Source: Heterodontus francisci
Taxonomy: Eukaryota
Assembly (NCBI RefSeq): GCF_036365525.1
Contig: NC_090372.1
Coordinates: 74,696,078-74,760,077, forward strand
DNA: 64,000 nt
Reading direction: 5' to 3'
Part shown: piece after piece, positions 62,104-64,000 of the stretch
Position numbering within the stretch: the stretch's first letter is position 1
Layout of the letters: each line of letters starts with the position of its first letter
Position numbers and translations under genes: made by a program
Notes under the pieces: model-generated
The model's database searches: none
Seen by the model: only the letters and a program-made list of their open reading frames with translations
What the model was told of the DNA's origin: nothing

Positions 62104-63754
62104 ATGCTCTCGTAAGATCACAGAACTTGTCTCCGAAGCTGTTGTCCACAATTCCCTTCCAAATTGTCCAGTTACTCTACTTAGGTTTTTGGTTTCTTTC
62201 CAGCGGATCAGTTGCTTTTATGTGCAATGTTAATAGGTATACTTGTCGGTTTTATATGGAGAAAAGGAAACCCAGTATTTACAACAGATATACAGTCTTG
62301 CAACGATGCACCTGGTACGTTGACATTAAAGGGTTATTACAATAAAATATGTTTCTGCATTTCCGTCTGGGGTCCTTTAGGAAACATTTTCTCTAATATT
62401 AGGATATGTTATTTTCTTTTGATCTCTGGAGTCTCCTCTAGCAAGTCACAATCCTTGTGCTAAGCAGACAGGCTTTGCACCAGCGGGGGTGTTTTATCAG
62501 GAGATTATTGCACTACATTCGTCCCTCGCTCTTAAAGAAAAATCTTTGATATAAGCTGCAAAACTGTCTGCAATAACCATGTTTCCTTTACATTCCAAAA
62601 TCGAAACTGTGCGCAAATCTACATGTTCTGGGAAGCGCTTGAGATTACGCTTTGAATGCTCAACTTTTCCTACATCACAATATATCCGAAGCCGAGGTAT
62701 CAAAGATTTTACCAGACCTAACGGATGACCTTAAAATGTTGAGAGTTTAAATAAAATTTACACCATTACAATCCACAGCGAGCGGTTGTGTCGAGCAGAA
62801 GAGGCGCGTATTATATATAGTACCAACCTTTTTAAAACCATATTTTCCAGGTCTGAAAATTTCCCCACTGAAAATTGGTTACCGCTCTCGATTGCTCTTT
62901 GATTACAAGGAAAATAACTCCGATGAAAACTTGAGAAATAAAAATCGAAGGAAGGGGGAGAGTGGAACAAAATGCAATATAATTGAACGATTACCAGTAA
63001 AGTCAACGTTTCATTCATGAATTTCTAGTTCAATAATAACAAAAGAACGCTGTTAACTGAAGCCAAACGCATGCTACGAAAACAGATGCTCCGCAAAACC
63101 TCCAAAATCTTATTTTCTAATAATATGAAACAGATGTCTGGGGAAGCTGATTTTTCACTTCTATTTTGCTCTATATTTCGCCATTTCTCCGGGCTGTAAG
63201 CTTTCTCGCACAGCTGGCCTACGTGCATTGCGACTGCAGGGCCCCAGTTACACATATTTATAAATAAAATACAAATTACAGCATTTTATTGTACACTTTA
63301 ATTACTCGTGAATGTCATTGTCACCGTTAAATAAGACTTTACTAATAAAACATTGACACTAACGCACAAGGTTTATTTAGCAACAATCGCAAATGCTTAT
63401 TTTCTTTTATTACCAGGGATCTAATGATGTATTGGTCACAGCGCCATATTAACAGCTCGAACTGGGGAAAATATAGAAACAAAGAAAACGAAACATTTTT
63501 AACATGAATTAATAAATTATTATGGTTGCAACTTCAAATGTTACCGTATATTTTTTGCAACAAAATACAATTGAATCGTATGGATGGTCAGTAAACCATG
63601 GTGTCTTCATAAATCGAAGAGTTTCAAACTATGTCTTCTCATCCACAACTGGAGAACAAGGAGAATACTAAAGGAAAAACATCTGATAAATATGCAATTG
63701 CATAAAATTTCTCATTTGTGTAGAAAGATGGATAGATCGATGGGTAGGTAGGTT

Positions 63755-63777
63755 GATAGATAGATAGATAGATAGAT

Positions 63778-63838
<61 letters not shown>

Positions 63839-63841
63839 GAT
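63755..63841. repeat. (GATA)n microsatellite, interrupted
   Basis: About 21 units with two interruptions. Confidence 0.95.
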
Positions 63842-64000
63842 TATGTTGCCGTCATAGCGTTATGTTTTGCAGAAATTTAAATGATAATGGCAGATTTCGT
63901 AAATTCGGAAATCCGAGTTTCTTCTGTTCTTCAGGATAGGGCTATATGCCCCATGATTTTTTTTTAAACTCTTTCTATCAGATTATTATTAATGTTATTG

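Noticed and set aside
61230-64000. Possible hoxa8 remnant or mir-196 gene
   Set aside because: No homeobox-like or mir-196 hairpin sequence seen; mir-196 is expected upstream of Hox9, outside the window

Overview
Vertebrate HoxA cluster, anterior-central part, transcribed on the minus strand: hoxa1, a2, a3, a4, a5, a6 and a7. Each has two coding exons split by a phase-1 GT-AG intron between the hexapeptide and the homeodomain (spliced lengths 326, 363, 410, 247, 275, 229 and 208 aa). The intact a6 and a7 genes, AT-rich repeat-poor spacers and a shark-type repeat point to a cartilaginous fish (horn-shark-like; inference, not verified). Nearly all other ORFs in the track are noise. Non-coding DNA carries three DR5 RAREs, Hox/Pbx and Cdx-type sites, a CTCF-like site between a5 and a6, and miR-196, miR-10 and miR-99/100 target sites. 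The most notable observations are: (1) a TSD-flanked inverted Penelope-like insertion in the hoxa3 intron carrying a minimal hammerhead ribozyme core in pre-mRNA sense; (2) uORFs in almost every leader, with stop/start-coupled uORFs at hoxa4 and hoxa7; (3) a cluster-wide E-box/CCAAT promoter module, including an orphan copy between a6 and a7; (4) a chain of candidate non-coding exons spanning about 40 kb into hoxa3; (5) candidate antisense first exons, including a HOTAIRM1-like 5' end. Comparisons to mammalian elements are from recall and need alignment.
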